A stretch of DNA of 56,708 nucleotides, filler included, from Sphacelaria rigidula (Eukaryota): NCBI GenBank assembly GCA_964200075.2. It is 7 parts of 7 records of this genome, joined end to end, with 100 filler letters (N's around TTAATTAATTAA, not from the genome) between each part and the next. Parts side by side here need not be neighbours in the genome. Positions count along the whole stretch, not along the records: positions 1 to 8,016 come from CAXNAA020012632.1; positions 8,117 to 16,132 come from CAXNAA020012633.1; 5 more parts are not named here. The stretch is one strand, 5' to 3'. Position 1 is the stretch's first letter, and every line of letters starts with the position of its first letter. The notes beneath the pieces are model-generated. The model was given only the letters and a program-made list of their open reading frames with translations. It searched no databases and was not told the origin of the DNA. The position numbers and the translations under genes were made by a program. Shown one piece after another: positions 1 through 11,869 of the stretch.

Positions 1-110
1 CAAAATGGCGTGTTTGGCTGTTTCCGCGTTTCTGGCAATTTTTCGTACCTTTCTTGAGCAGAAAACAAGAAGGTATACCTTTCCTAGGCCATTGCCCTCA
101 TTTTTACTAC
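1..110 (+). repeat. Dispersed repeat, copy also at ~17363-17470
   Basis: AAAATGGCGTGTTTGGCTGTTT.CGCGTTTCT.GC.ATTTTTCGTACCTTTCTTG...GAAGGTATACCTTT is shared with contig 3. Confidence 0.85.
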
Positions 111-210
111 AGCCGTGCGTATCACTGTTGTGTGCCAACTGACACTCACAATTCACTGCATGAGAGCACAGAGAGTATCCTGTAATCTCTGCGCTGGGTA
201 CTGTCTGTGC

Positions 211-289
211 TGCAGGCTTTCGAGAGCACGGTCGATGCCAATAGATCATCATGCAGGCTTTCGAGAGCACGGTCGATGCCAATAGATCA
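211..289 (+). repeat. Tandem duplication, 38-bp unit x2 (41-bp period)
   Basis: TGCAGGCTTTCGAGAGCACGGTCGATGCCAATAGATCA occurs at 211-248 and 252-289. Confidence 0.9.
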
Positions 290-667
290 ACCCCTGACGA
301 CATCTCGCGTGCGCCGGGATGGCGAAGCAAAGTTTGGTCTAGTGTGTAAATGGAGCCGGGGATGTTCGACATTGCTGTCAGGAGAGCCCCGCAGATGTCG
401 AAGGGCACAAACATCTTCAGGGCTGGCTGGTGTTGCTATCTCGCCGTGCCGCGGATTAAAAAAACGAGACGAAGATACAAGTTGATTTCGTCTCGTATTT
501 TGTCGAAAAATATAAGCCAGGAGGGCCCATCTCGTAAAATTTCCCTTGTCTTGTTTTTTACCCCCGAGAATCTTGTGAAAAAACGAACCGTAAGTAGCCA
601 TGCTGTATTTTCCCCCCGTCATTTACGAATAACGAGGGGAAAACACGAACCGGAAGAAACGGCCTTG

Positions 668-866
668 GGGGCAATAATCAGTTTTCAGGTATCAGTAAAA
701 TGCCCGTAACTCATGAAAAGAAATGGAAACCCTTGTGTGCACTGGTACTTGTTTGTATCATGCCCTATTCATTGTCCATACTAGATTTCAGGGTCCAACT
801 CTACATATTGGCCCGTGAATAGGCCTGCAAACTACAAATTCGCTTCTCGGCTGGCCCAACTCGTAC
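668..866 (+). repeat. Partial copy of the foldback element at 32611-32918
   Basis: It aligns by eye with the loop and right arm of that element (CAGTTTTCAG.TATC.GTAAAATGCCC...ATTTCAGGGTCCAACTC...GGCCTGCAAACT...CGCTTCTCGGCTGGCCCA.CTCGTA). Confidence 0.8.
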
Positions 867-1566
867 ACCGTTTAGTTTATTATGCTATCTCTGAAATTTA
901 GACCGAGAATATCAAAAGCCAAGAATCATGGGAATCAATGAGAAGTAAAGCCCGGTTGCAATCAAGAAAAGCATACAGGAAACTCCGCACACGTCCGTTC
1001 CCAAAATTACGTGTTCGTGACGCGCTGCTTTTCCCATGACATGCCATTTCCCCATGACGTGCCATGGTGCCCGTCACACAGCGCGGTACACGTACATCGC
1101 ACACAGCGCACAGCCCACGGATGAGTACTTCTGATTGTATAGGGTGTGTTGATTCATTCACCGGTCTAAATTCGGGTTTCAGTCACGATTGCGTGTCAAG
1201 TGTTCTTCCGGTAAGAGCGATATACCGCAAAAAGGTGTTAAATCAATGGTGACACGCGGCTTTCTAACTCACTCGTGAGCCAACCTTGCAGCATTCGATG
1301 CTACCACGACACCGCCACCATACACAGCGACAAGAAATGCCACTGGCATGACCGGTAGGTAGCGTCAAATTGTCAATGTATCGGCCCTTTTGTAATTACC
1401 GCTCCGATATGACACGTGATATCGGTCCGATGCATTGGTGTTCATCTGTACTGATACAAACCCCTAGCAGTCGTCATTCTTGATCCGATGGCATCCAATT
1501 TAGCCCCTACAGTGCACGACCCAAGTTGACCCAATCGTCTCGTGTGGCCAATTTCACAAATGGCAG

Positions 1567-2730
1567 GGCTTGGACCCTGGTGCGTACCGGCATCCTCAGC
1601 AAGATGCGGTGCACGGGCTGCATCCCTCCCCTCACGGCAACAACCCTTCGCTAATGGAGCGCCGACGGCAGCAGGTAGCCCAACAAGCAGCGCTACGGCA
1701 GGGTAGACAGGGGGATCGTGGAGGGGTGTCCGTGCCCCATGGGCAGCAGCAGCGGCAGGAGGCTGGTGTTATGTCGCAAGTGCGGTCGGGGTTCGCTGTG
1801 ATACCACCCCGCCCACCCTCCCGGGGAGGTTCGGTGCCTGCCATGCAGCAGGGCCTGATGTCTCCGCCTCCCGAACACCGACGCAATGTGCGTCAACAAC
1901 AACAACAACAGCAACAGCAACAGCAACAGCTGCTGCATCACCAAAGAATAATACAGCAACAACAGCAGCCGCAGGATGCTGATCTTGTAGCCATGTACAT
2001 GCAGTCAGAGAGGGGCGTGGATATGTACCTAGAGAGGGACAGAGGGGGAGGAGAGCATATCCGAAGGGAATTCCTCCAGCCACGTCACACAGTTGAGCAA
2101 GGGAGGTTGGGTGCGGGGGGGGAAGGACAAGGGAACCGTGACCAAGCACTGTCGGGGCAGCATGAACTTGCGATCGGCAGGCAACAGCACCAAGACATGC
2201 TCGACAGACACCAACACCAACAAACTGGCGGACTAAGCGACGACATGCTTTGGCACGATCAGCACCTCAGCCCGGAGCGTCCGTCCCTCCATCACAATAG
2301 TCAGCTGAAGAATCTGCAAGCGTTGGAAGGCGCGGGTAGATTGCGGGATGACTTGTGGGGGCACGACTCGCGAGACTTGGGGGTTGTACCGAGAGGAAAC
2401 CGTGTTGTTTCACACCACCAGCAACAGGAAGGTTTGTCTTCCCCCCGCCGAGGGGGCCAGCAGGGTGGCGGAAGCGGGGAGGAGGGAGGTGAAGGAACGG
2501 GCGATGAAATGTTCTTCAAGTCCCTGCAGCTGCAGCAGCAGCAACGGGCGGGCGTTGTGGTAGGGCTTGAAGGCTTGATCGGGGATTTTGGTGACATGTG
2601 CAGGGGGGACATGCGAGATGACCCTTCTGTGTCGTCTGCTAGGCAACAGCAGCAGCGACAACAGCAGCAGCAGCAGCAGCAGCCGCAGATGTCCATCTTC
2701 AATAACCCGCCCCCGCGCGAGTATCCCTAG
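1567..2730 (+). CDS. Probable terminal exon of a Gln/Gly/His-rich low-complexity protein (function unknown)
   Basis: A 387-codon open frame with poly-Q tracts and no upstream in-frame ATG. It is preceded by the in-phase acceptor-like ...TTTCACAAATGGCAG| and ends at TAG 2728-2730. Confidence 0.65.
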   Translation, partial: GLDPGAYRHPQQDAVHGLHPSPHGNNPSLMERRRQQVAQQAALRQGRQGDRGGVSVPHGQQQRQEAGVMSQVRSGFAVIPPRPPSRGGSVPAMQQGLMSPPPEHRRNVRQQQQQQQQQQQQLLHHQRIIQQQQQPQDADLVAMYMQSERGVDMYLERDRGGGEHIRREFLQPRHTVEQGRLGAGGEGQGNRDQALSGQHELAIGRQQHQDMLDRHQHQQTGGLSDDMLWHDQHLSPERPSLHHNSQLKNLQALEGAGRLRDDLWGHDSRDLGVVPRGNRVVSHHQQQEGLSSPRRGGQQGGGSGEEGGEGTGDEMFFKSLQLQQQQRAGVVVGLEGLIGDFGDMCRGDMRDDPSVSSARQQQQRQQQQQQQQPQMSIFNNPPPREYP

Positions 2731-5700
2731 GGCTTCCGTGTTTGTCCCGTGGAGTATTGCCGCACAATGAAAACTAACAGGTGGAGGCTTTGTCGTCGCG
2801 GATCCCTGTATGTTACTCTCGGCCTGTACTGCATGGCCACTTGATGAAGGATATCTCATATACATGTTGACCTTCACGGTCGAGTTTTGCGATTGTGAAG
2901 ACATTCTATTCTATATGCGTTCGATGCGGAATCCCCTGTCAAAACCGCCGAGAAGACAATGAAGAGCTGGTTTAAAAAAAGTCGAGCCCGTCGGTCTGAG
3001 TAGCCGGGTAAACGATCGTTTTGAGGAGCTTCTGAGTATTGTACGCCTGCGCGCCGTGCGTTGCAGAATGATTATCCATGTATAAATGAATGATATGGGC
3101 TACCACTACGGGAATGGCAGGGCCGGCAAACGAAGTGTATTGTGGTGAAATTTTTCAGATATAGACGTTCTTGGCTGGTCGTGGCGAGGACTCGACTCCG
3201 TCGCTCGTGCAGAATTTAGAGAGTTTTGATGAGGTGGTTTTGCGTAGGGTGATCCTCGTGGGTGTTGATCGATAAAATCTGTCGACAGGTGCAAATGTTT
3301 GGGTGCGCTCTACTTGATTGCTGCCTAGTTTCATTGTTTCTTGTTTCTCGTCCCCCGAGAGATTGCTTTGGCTGGGGGGGTTCATGTCGGTTATACTTGT
3401 CTGTAATGGTGGTGGTCGTGATGCTATTGATGGTGGTGGTGGTGGAGGTGGTCGTCGTCGTGGTGATTTTGAGCATCAGTCGTGAAAACAAAGTCAAGGC
3501 AGGAGTTTAGTACTGACTGTGACCTGTATGTTACGCCAACGACTACATCGAAGAAGGCAGCAGCAGCAACACACGTAGTGCTACACGACGAACACTTTCA
3601 ATTGCGGCTGCTAAAGTGATGGAGTAATGCAAGATATCGGTTCAAGGACGGTTAGTTTGACGTCAAGTTTCGCACAAGTGCTACATTCGAGTTCCGATAT
3701 ACTCAGGATGAACATCTTCCGTTCCTGGATAATAGCTATCGGCAGCAGGACACCTACGTCAAGAGAAAACTGGGGGCAACATACACTCTATTTTTCCGTG
3801 TGTCATATGTGTATTGATGCTATGACGACAATGGCGACTGTTTCGTGTCGTCGACAACGAGACATCCTTGTGTGTTGAATCAACAGGTGCCATTTTTGCT
3901 GCCAGTGATCACATTATATTGATGAGTCCACGGTGGGGTGCTTGCTGTATAGCGGTAGAGTAGGCGTGTCATTTAGCGGCCGTAGAAGATAGGGCTACTC
4001 GGTAAGTGGAAAAATTCTGTACGTTGTACTAAGTAGTTGGCGAAGTAGTCGAGGAGGGGTGTTTGTTGTACTTCTGCCGTTTTGTGGCGTGGGTCATCTT
4101 CTCACAAATGAATGAGAATCTTGGGGGAGAGAAGAGAATAAAACCAATCGACCCAGTGCAGGAAACGGTTGTAGCGGGCCAAAAGGGTGGACATTTCGAA
4201 ATGAACGGTTGACGTTCTCTTGGTTAGTTTTTTCGGGTTGTTGAAACATTTCTACATGCAGGTGTAGTCCTTTCCTATCCCTACGCTTACCTTCCGGCAT
4301 CTCCGGGGTGTGCTGGTACGACGTGGAATCAATGATAGAAGCTTGGTGGTGTTGGTGCTCGTGGAGATGGTAGAGAATTGCAGACGTTTCCTCGATTCAT
4401 TTCATTTTGTCTCTCTTTTTCGTGAGACTCGATTCCTATTTGCGAGAGGTTTTGGTTTGTGTGTGGTTTCATTTTGACGTTGTATTTGTCGTGATAAGAA
4501 AAACAATGATCTGGCTGTCGTGGCGGTAGTTTTCATGTTCTTGACGATTTTTTGCCATTATTTTCTTCTAAAAAATATTAGAGCAGGCGAGCACACGCAC
4601 GTGTCTCGTGTGTCATCCCTTGTGTTGCGTCGTGTCAAGAGGGGCATTGATGGTTGATAAAAGGACAATACAGCAGTTGCTACATTCAGATAGTTGCTTG
4701 CACTATTGACGATAAACAGCTTTAGTCGGTTCTTTAGGCACCATTGTCTGCCTTCGACCCACGACGAGAGACGAATAGAGATCCCCTCCCCTACTCCCCG
4801 GTGGGAAGTAGGCGTAAATTCGGAGTATGTCAGTCTGTTGCTCGTGAGCGAGACCTCGTGAAGAGGAGCAAACACTCCTTTTGTTGTAGAATGACACGGA
4901 AATTATCTGAAAGTTGATGATCGATCAAGAGATACATGCAGTAAATTTTCGAAACTAGTCGCCAATGGTGGTACAGTAGTACTCGGTTGGTGGTCAGCAG
5001 AGGGGCCAGTGCTTTTCTGTGGTTCAATATTTTTTTAGGATAATTGCTGATTTTTTTCTTGCATTCACTGATCAAACAAGTAGCCTGTGCATTGTCGCAT
5101 CGCTCGAATTTCGTTTCATGCATAAATACAGCAAACATTGGGCGCTAGATGGTTAAGCTTGTTCTCGGCGTTCGACCTGTGAAATCGTTCATCCGGATAG
5201 AAGGTAATTCGGTCCTCGTGGACTTGTCGACGATACAGGTTCGTTCGGTTCATTGATCGTTGGATCATCGGTGAGTATGCACCATCAACTGCTGTCTTTT
5301 TATTGATGATACAACCACTTTCACACGATAGAGCAATTAATGACTAGCTGGGTATTCGCCCATGTACCGCTATCTCGGCACGTTTCGGGTTGTCTTGTTG
5401 AAAAAAATTCCGATTGGCGTCGTGATGGCTCCAGAAATGTTGCGCATTTTGGGCAAAAATAGGTAGCTCAGACTTGTGAGAGTCTGTGACCAAGGATTTT
5501 CGCCGTGAATTTTAGCTCGTTTGAGCGGGAGAGCGTGCTTTTCCTTCCTTGTTTTCGCTTCATGTTCAAGATGTATTCGTGGTGATGTGTGATGAGTATT
5601 CTATTAGTACTATTTGTAAAGACGTATATGCGCACCCTTTCTGGGAGAAGCAGTTCTGGGAAACGTAGGCCACGTATGCAACGAGGTCGTGAGGATGGCA

Positions 5701-5976
5701 GCACCTGCTAGTTGCAGAGGGGTGTGTTCCTGCTCAGGACATCCTCAAGGGAGAGTGAATCAAACCCCTGACGCAAAAGTGTCCACGGTTCGGATGAACC
5801 AGATTTCGTACGGATTGACCCCCCCATGAATGTTGAATGTGGATCATGTACCAAAGAATTATGCGGAACGACTCACGGACGGTCAAGTCGTGCGTTCAAG
5901 GTCAACCGCGTGAATCACGAGCTGGGGATCTGTACACTGCGAGTAGTGTCAAACAAATCAAGACGGCATGAAACAC

Positions 5977-6410
5977 GGGATCTTACAAATTGGGGATGGA
6001 TCTTTTATTGGGGATGAGAACCCGGAGGATTAAAATCTTCTTATCCATTCTAAATCTTCGAAATATGGTTCCATTTCTTCACCTACTGATAGCTTTCGAG
6101 AACTGCTACACGCCACACAAATTTGAATTTCGATCACCGAAATGTTGGGGTCCTTGGCAGAAGATCAATTTTTTGGAATTCCGGGTTGTCAGAACGGACG
6201 CCAAAATGGTTCCGAAATTGTTTCTTGACCTAGGACCCCAATATTTCGGTGATCGAAATCCAAATTTCTGTGGCGTGTAGCAGTTGTCAAAAGCTACCAG
6301 TAGGTGAAGCAATGGAACCACATTTCGAAGATTTGGTGTGGGTACGAAGATTTTAATTCTCCGGATTCTTCATCCCCAATAAAAGATCCATCCCCAATTT
6401 GTGAGATTCC
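5977..6410. mobile_element. Long imperfect palindrome (foldback/MITE-like), ~205-bp arms
   Basis: GGGATCTTACAAATTGGGGATGGATCTTTTATTGGGGATG... is mirrored by ...CATCCCCAATAAAAGATCCATCCCCAATTTGTGAGATTCC, with a short central loop near 6183-6209. Confidence 0.85.
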
Positions 6411-7934
6411 TTATTATAACGCGTACGAATCACAGTCTCTGTATGAATTGGCGGAAAAAACGTACACTTGATTAGTCTTATATGGACGGAACGCGGGAAA
6501 CATGTGCGTTTTGAGATACATGCTGCACTAATGGAAAGACCCTCAACTCCACCTACAAATGTCCCTAGGTAACAATAGTGGCTAGAGTCTACAGCACCCC
6601 CAAAGCTCTCTACCATCAACAAGTAGTTACATCAGTGCTTGACGAACTCAGACGTCATTGGTGCCTGATAGTACCGTTGTTTCCGCAAAGATTAGCAGTA
6701 TCTTCCGCTGCTTTCTACAACAGCTCCATACAAGCTAGCCCTACTTCCGAAAAACTCGCAGGAGATCCCAATAAAATATCGTCCATCATGAACATGCAAT
6801 CACGCTACTTGCACAACTTCGAGTTACAAAGCGATAGCTAGGGCCGAATTCTCAATTTTTCGCCCAAAACAAGTCGCTTGACTCTTCATCGGCTCGAAAC
6901 CGGAAATGTCAGCAAACGTCAAATTCCAGAGCATTCGTGGCAAGGTACTTCTCAACATATAAATTTCACTCTTTGTACGCTCAACACCTGCGCAACGGAG
7001 TGCAACAGCCAAATGATACATCATCCTCAAGCCAGAAGGAAATATGCACCCAACACGTCTAAAACGCACCTGGCCTCTTGCCTCTGCAACCCCGTAAAAA
7101 ACGTATGCATCGCGTGCCTCCCCGCCGTCAAAGCTTCAATGCTTCAACTTGCCTTCATTTCAAGACAATCAAAGGAAAGTCATAACTCAAACCGCCTTTC
7201 AAGCCATGTATACTAATCCATCAACGGCGACGGGCCTGCGCATTTCGTATATTCCAGCTCATTTTCACACTAACAGCAGCAATCCATATGTCCTGCAGTC
7301 AGTACGTGCAAACCGCACAAATATGGTTCGACTACGTCCCTGCGCGAACAAGATTATACGAGCTTCACTTCAATTAGCACACAGCAGTATATTGAAAACT
7401 GCCCGACCCTAGGTCGTAACCAAATACCATTCATATCAGTACCATTCGAGCAGAAATTCGCACATGCCTGCCAAATTTCCACTTATCATATGAACATCCG
7501 CACATGCATGTCAATACTTCACTCAGCACATGCAAGGCCACCTTCCTCGCAGCGAACACCATGCATCGTCCGTGCCAACCACATCAGCACCACAAACACA
7601 TGCCAAATATACACGTGTACGCCAGAGTTTTACCCTGCACGCGCGATACGATCATACTCGCTCAATAACCATGTTTCATGCGCAAACATGACCACAAACC
7701 ACACAATGACAAGCTGCCATCGTTCTCAAAACGATTCGCGAATACCACAGCACTCAATCACCACAGCACTGGCGTACGCCACAGCACTCCAGCCCGCTCC
7801 TGAGAACTAGCAGCACTCGAACCACAACCCCGTGCACAGCGTAGAGCATCCTTTCCTCTCGGACACTCCCTCCTTGCACCTTCAGTCTAGCTACACCTGG
7901 CACCCCCATGTTGTAGCTCAACACGACTCCAAAA

Positions 7935-8006
7935 AACAACAAATTGTGCGAATTGAGGTTCAACTCCGAGATGAGGTTCAAGCCTGAAACAGTGCTTTCC
8001 CCACAC
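7935..8006 (+). repeat. 72-bp repeat shared with 32292-32363, possible LTR 3' end (...CCCCACA)
   Basis: AACAACAAATTGTG.GAATTGAGGTT.AACT.CGAGATGAGG.TCAAGCCT.AAACAGTGCTTTCCCCACAC lies at the ends of contigs 1 and 4. Confidence 0.75.
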
Positions 8007-8016
8007 TTTCAGCGAT

Positions 8017-8116
8017 NNNNNNNNNNNNNNNNNNNNNNNNNNNNNNNNNNNNNNNNNNNNTTAATTAATTAANNNNNNNNNNNNNNNNNNNNNNNNNNNN
8101 NNNNNNNNNNNNNNNN
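8017..8116. other. Artificial contig linker N44-TTAATTAATTAA-N44 (same linker at 16133-16232, 24249-24348, 32364-32463, 40479-40578, 48594-48693)
   Basis: The identical 100-bp spacer with a stop-in-all-frames core recurs six times. The intervening contigs are 8016, 8016, 8016, 8015, 8015, 8015 and 8015 bp, i.e. length-sorted. Confidence 0.99.
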
Positions 8117-8368
8117 GAAAGGCGAGCCTACGTCTGTGACCACGGGTTCGCGAGATCGGACTAATGTGCGGAAATAATAATAATAATGATGTGAGTACCA
8201 AGTATATGTACAAAACGCACAATAAGACGCGGAAGCCTACGTGATCATGAAGGTCTGGGGCCTTCATTCACCCCAACTGGAGCCAGTCAACCATAGCCAA
8301 TGATGCCGGTCATACCATACAATTAAAAGTGAACAAACATCATTTTTATAACTGCGCTCATCGTGTAC

Positions 8369-8502
8369 CTCATCTTCCCCGCTACTATACTTTGCGTTGG
8401 CTGTCCTAGCCGTGCGAGTCCTACGCACAGGGAATCCGGTCCGTATACCCCTTCGCACTTCCTTGCTTCCACTTCCAGCAGCTGTTCTATCGCCGTGGCA
8501 AC
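8369..8502 (-). CDS. DPH5: DPH5 exon (VATAIEQLLEVEARK...CVGLARLGQPTQSIVAGKM)
   Basis: QLLE and G.AR.G...Q.I.AG motifs continue the frame. Boundaries are CAG|...|GTACAC. The first and last exons were not found in this contig. Confidence 0.92.
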
Positions 8503-8994
8503 CTGAACATAATACACACATGCAGCTGTGCGTTAGCGTCGGTGCATCCTGTCGTTCAGGAGCGTCGTACGTCGAACTGTACATGATTCGAACTCGAAAT
8601 ACCCCGAGGCACAGTGAAAATTAGAAGGCGTGATTCACTGAGAAACAGCGCGTGAGTTCAAGGAAACGGATATCATGCCAGTTCGGCGCAAACTAGCCTG
8701 TGAAAAAAGCATGCGTTATCGTCCTCGATGTGCTCGAATCAAGCTGCGCTGCTTTGATGCTGCAAGCCTCGAAGATCTCGAAACACTCCCGTGAATGGAG
8801 AGCACCTACACGTGCGTCTCATGGAAGCAGCAGGCCCTCACGAAAACGCGGTGAGGGCAGTGAACCGGGTGAGTGCTAGTACCCGTATAAATATGACGAC
8901 ATGCGATGCGGGGTGAGCGAATCAACACGCATAGACCGCGAGGGTCACCGTTGGACTGTTGCAGGGTTGAGGGATACGTGGCACGGTCACTCAC

Positions 8995-9099
8995 AGTCAT
9001 GTACCGCGGAGGTAGGTAGGCGACCTTTCCTCTAGCCATCTTCTCGAAATCTGGCTCTTTAACCTTGATGTCTAGCAGGCACAGTGTATGCATGCCGTT
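8995..9099 (-). CDS. DPH5: DPH5 exon (NGMHTLCLLDIKVKEPDFEKMARGKVAYLPPRYMT)
   Basis: Carries the conserved HTLCLLDIKVKE and PPRYM motifs. Boundaries are CAG|...|GTGAGT; 105 bp, phase 0. Confidence 0.96.
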
Positions 9100-9378
9100 C
9101 TGGGAAGACGAGAAACACAGCACCGGGGCGAAGGGGCTCGTTACTAGGAACGCTGCAACAATAAAAAGCCTTTAGAGCGAAAAACCGACAACCGTATTTC
9201 CAGCTTCCAATTCGAGCTAAACACTTCGCATATGACCTCGCGGCTGGGTGTTTACCTTGGCAGGTGCACCCCACCACAGTCAAAAGCAAGCCATCTCCTC
9301 GCGATAACATGTTTGGCGCCCGATTCCGGCGTGGCGTTTTCGTATTCTGTCCCTGCCACGATTACTTAATTCTCTCAC

Positions 9379-9528
9379 CGTCTTGTTTACTCTGATCTTC
9401 TCGTGAAAACTGTCTGGCTCCCAGTTGCCTTCCCATAGGGGAATGGACACCGTCTGCCCGAAGTTGTATAGCTGGAGGCCGCAAGAAGCTACTGCGCCCA
9501 TGACCGAAGCGTTGTGGATTACCTCCAC
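9379..9528 (-). CDS. DPH5: DPH5 exon ([50 protein letters not shown])
   Basis: Carries the conserved IHNAS...CGLQLY.FG.TVSI motif. Boundaries are AAG|...|GTGAGA; 150 bp, phase 0. Confidence 0.96.
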
Positions 9529-9930
9529 CTTGGTGCACCGACGTGGAATTTTCGGCGGGTGCGGCGAAGGGCTGTTGAGGAATATAAGGGCTGACAGGTT
9601 AATTTTACGGGTCTGTTGGACACGCGAGTATTTCACCCGGAGTTCCCAAGTGTGGGTAACGCGTCCATGACACGTACAGCGTCAGTCCTTGCGCTCAACG
9701 ATCTAGCTAGTGCCGCGCTTGTGCGGTGCGCCAAGTGACAAACTCAGGCAAGGCACTCTTGAATGTGAATGGGCAGCCGAACAACAGAAAATGAATAATG
9801 AAGGAAAGCAAGCCGCATACCTGCTCTCATCTTACGGCCGCCAATTCAGCAGAGAGCCCCATGGTAACAATCACGAATGTCGCTACATACGGTTGCCCCA
9901 CTCGCAGCAGACTACACAAGCGACGCGTAC

Positions 9931-10107
9931 CTTCACTCCCAGTTCTCGTGCCCTAATGATGAGGTCGGTATGCGTTGTCGCACACAGCGGATCCCCCACG
10001 ACAAGAAATGACACATCCTCGTCCTTTGCGCTGGCGTAGATGCCCTCCGCCTCGGACTCGACAACGTTACGGTCGGCCAAGGTTATCTCCTTACCGTAAA
10101 AGGCTTC
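9931..10107 (-). CDS. DPH5: Diphthine methyl ester synthase, internal exon (EAFYGKEITLADRNVVESEAE...FLVVGDPLCATTHTDLIIRARELGVK)
   Basis: Carries the DPH5 motif LVVGDP..ATTH.DL..RA. Boundaries are CAG|...|GTACGC; 177 bp, phase 0. Confidence 0.95.
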
Positions 10108-10392
10108 CTGCAGAATATGATCGGTTGAGAGCGGTACGTGCGTAGACAGCGCGCAAGGCAGCGAGGTATCCGGTTCCATTATTGACGATTATATCTCAAA
10201 AAAATCTATTGCAGCCCAAGGTGAGCAGTAGTCGACGACAGCACGAGTCTGTGCCAAGACAGCCGAGCATACAGCGTGTAAAAAACAGGCTCGATGCACA
10301 GTCGTTCACAGCGGACTTCAAGCAAGAGATGATAAAATCGGACACCTGAAAAAATCCAATAATCAAAACATATCGAGGTGGCTCAGTGCATT

Positions 10393-11869
10393 TCACACGT
10401 AGGACAGCTCATGAGCTAGCTCATCTGCGGGTGGTAGCTCACTTGTAGTCAAACATGTACATGTGAGCTACGTCCGATAGCGCAACACAAGGCAAACGTG
10501 CGCTGATGAGCTATGAGTTGGTAGCTCACCCAGGATAAACATGCGTAGCTCATGCAGCTCTTATAGCTCACCCAGGGCGAATATGAGCTGATGAACTACG
10601 GGTTGGTAGCTCACCCAGGGCAAACATCCGTAGCTCATGCAGTTCTCATAGCTCACCCAGGACGAATATGGGCTGATGAGCTACGGGTTGGTACCTCACC
10701 CAGGGTAAACATACGTAGCTCATGCAGCTCCCGTAGCTCACCCAGGATGAATATTATCTGATGAGCTACGGGTTGATAGCTCACCCAGGGTAAACATGTG
10801 CAGCTCATGTAGCTCTCACAGCTCCCCCAGGGAAAACATATGCGGATGAGCTACGCTCGATAGCTCACCCAAGGCAAACATGTGTAGCTCACGCAGCTCT
10901 TCTAGCTCACCCGCGGGAAAACATGAGCGGAGGAGCTACGCCCGGTAGCTCACCCCAGGGGTACATGGTTGTGGCTCACTCACACCATATGCCGAGCTCG
11001 CCGCTGGCCAACCCCGTGTCGCTTATGATGCAACATTCTTGTTCGAACGGATGGTGCCACGTATCATTACATCGTGGTTGTGATGTTTTACCTCACTCTT
11101 GGCGATAGGAAGAAAAGAAGCCAACACATCCTTCTTCGCTTGGTCGGATGGTTAAAAAAAGGTATTAGTATTCAGTGTCTACAATAATCGACCGATTCAT
11201 TTCTATTTAATCGGTTGGCCGCGAGGGTACGAGTCCATCTGGTTATGCATACGTTTTTCAAGTGAAATTGGGGCCGATTCAACAGATGATTTGTGCTCGC
11301 TGTCAAGGACTTAGCCCTTCGACCGCGAGGGTTGGCGATCTGATAAATTAGCATAATTCACTTGATTTCTTGGGTGTGAATGATGCCGATTCAGAGACCT
11401 CCTACCCTCGCGGTCAAAGGGATAGGCAATCGTAGCTCTCATAGCTCATCCAGGGCGAACATGTGTAGCTCATGCATCTCTTATAGCTCATGGATCTCTT
11501 ATAGCTTATCCAGGGCAAACATGTGTAGCTTATGCATCTCTGATAGCTCATCCGGGGCAAACATGTGTAGCTCATGCAGCTCTCATAGCTCACCCAGGGC
11601 GAATATGAGCTGATGAGCTACGGGTTGATAGCTCACCTATCGCAAACGTGCGTAGCTCATACAGCTCCCATAGCTCATCAAGGACGAATATGAGCTGATG
11701 AGCTACGAGTTGGTAGCTCACGTACGGTAAACATGCGTAGCTCATACAGCTCTCATAGCTCACCCCAGGAAAAACATGTGTAGCTCATGTAGCTCTCATA
11801 GCTCACTAGGGAGCTACGCTCAAAAAGAGCTAGCTCGAGCTATAGGGAGCTGATCTGTCCGACGTGTGA
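10393..11869. mobile_element. TIR-bounded element filled with an 85-bp AGCT-rich tandem repeat, in the DPH5 upstream intron
   Basis: Left end TCACACGTAGGACAGCTCA and right end TGATCTGTCCGACGTGTGA are inverted. The internal unit has an 85-bp period (GCTGATGA at 10502, 10587, 10672). The right end recurs inverted at ~45492-45590. Confidence 0.8.
11207..11421. mobile_element. Tandem pair of ~105-bp TTAA-flanked MITEs nested in the satellite element
   Basis: CCCTT.GACCGCGAGGGT...ACCCTCGCGGTCAAAGGG termini match the copies at 16601, 46373-46603, 47018 and 47308. Confidence 0.75.

Noticed and set aside
8061..8072. Regularly spaced TTAATTAATTAA motif every ~8.1 kb
   Set aside because: Artificial linker between N runs. 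No synteny or gene-neighbourhood inference is valid across it.
10405..11850. Repeat array as a possible CRISPR
   Set aside because: The units are contiguous tandem repeats without unique spacers, inside a eukaryotic intron, with no cas genes.
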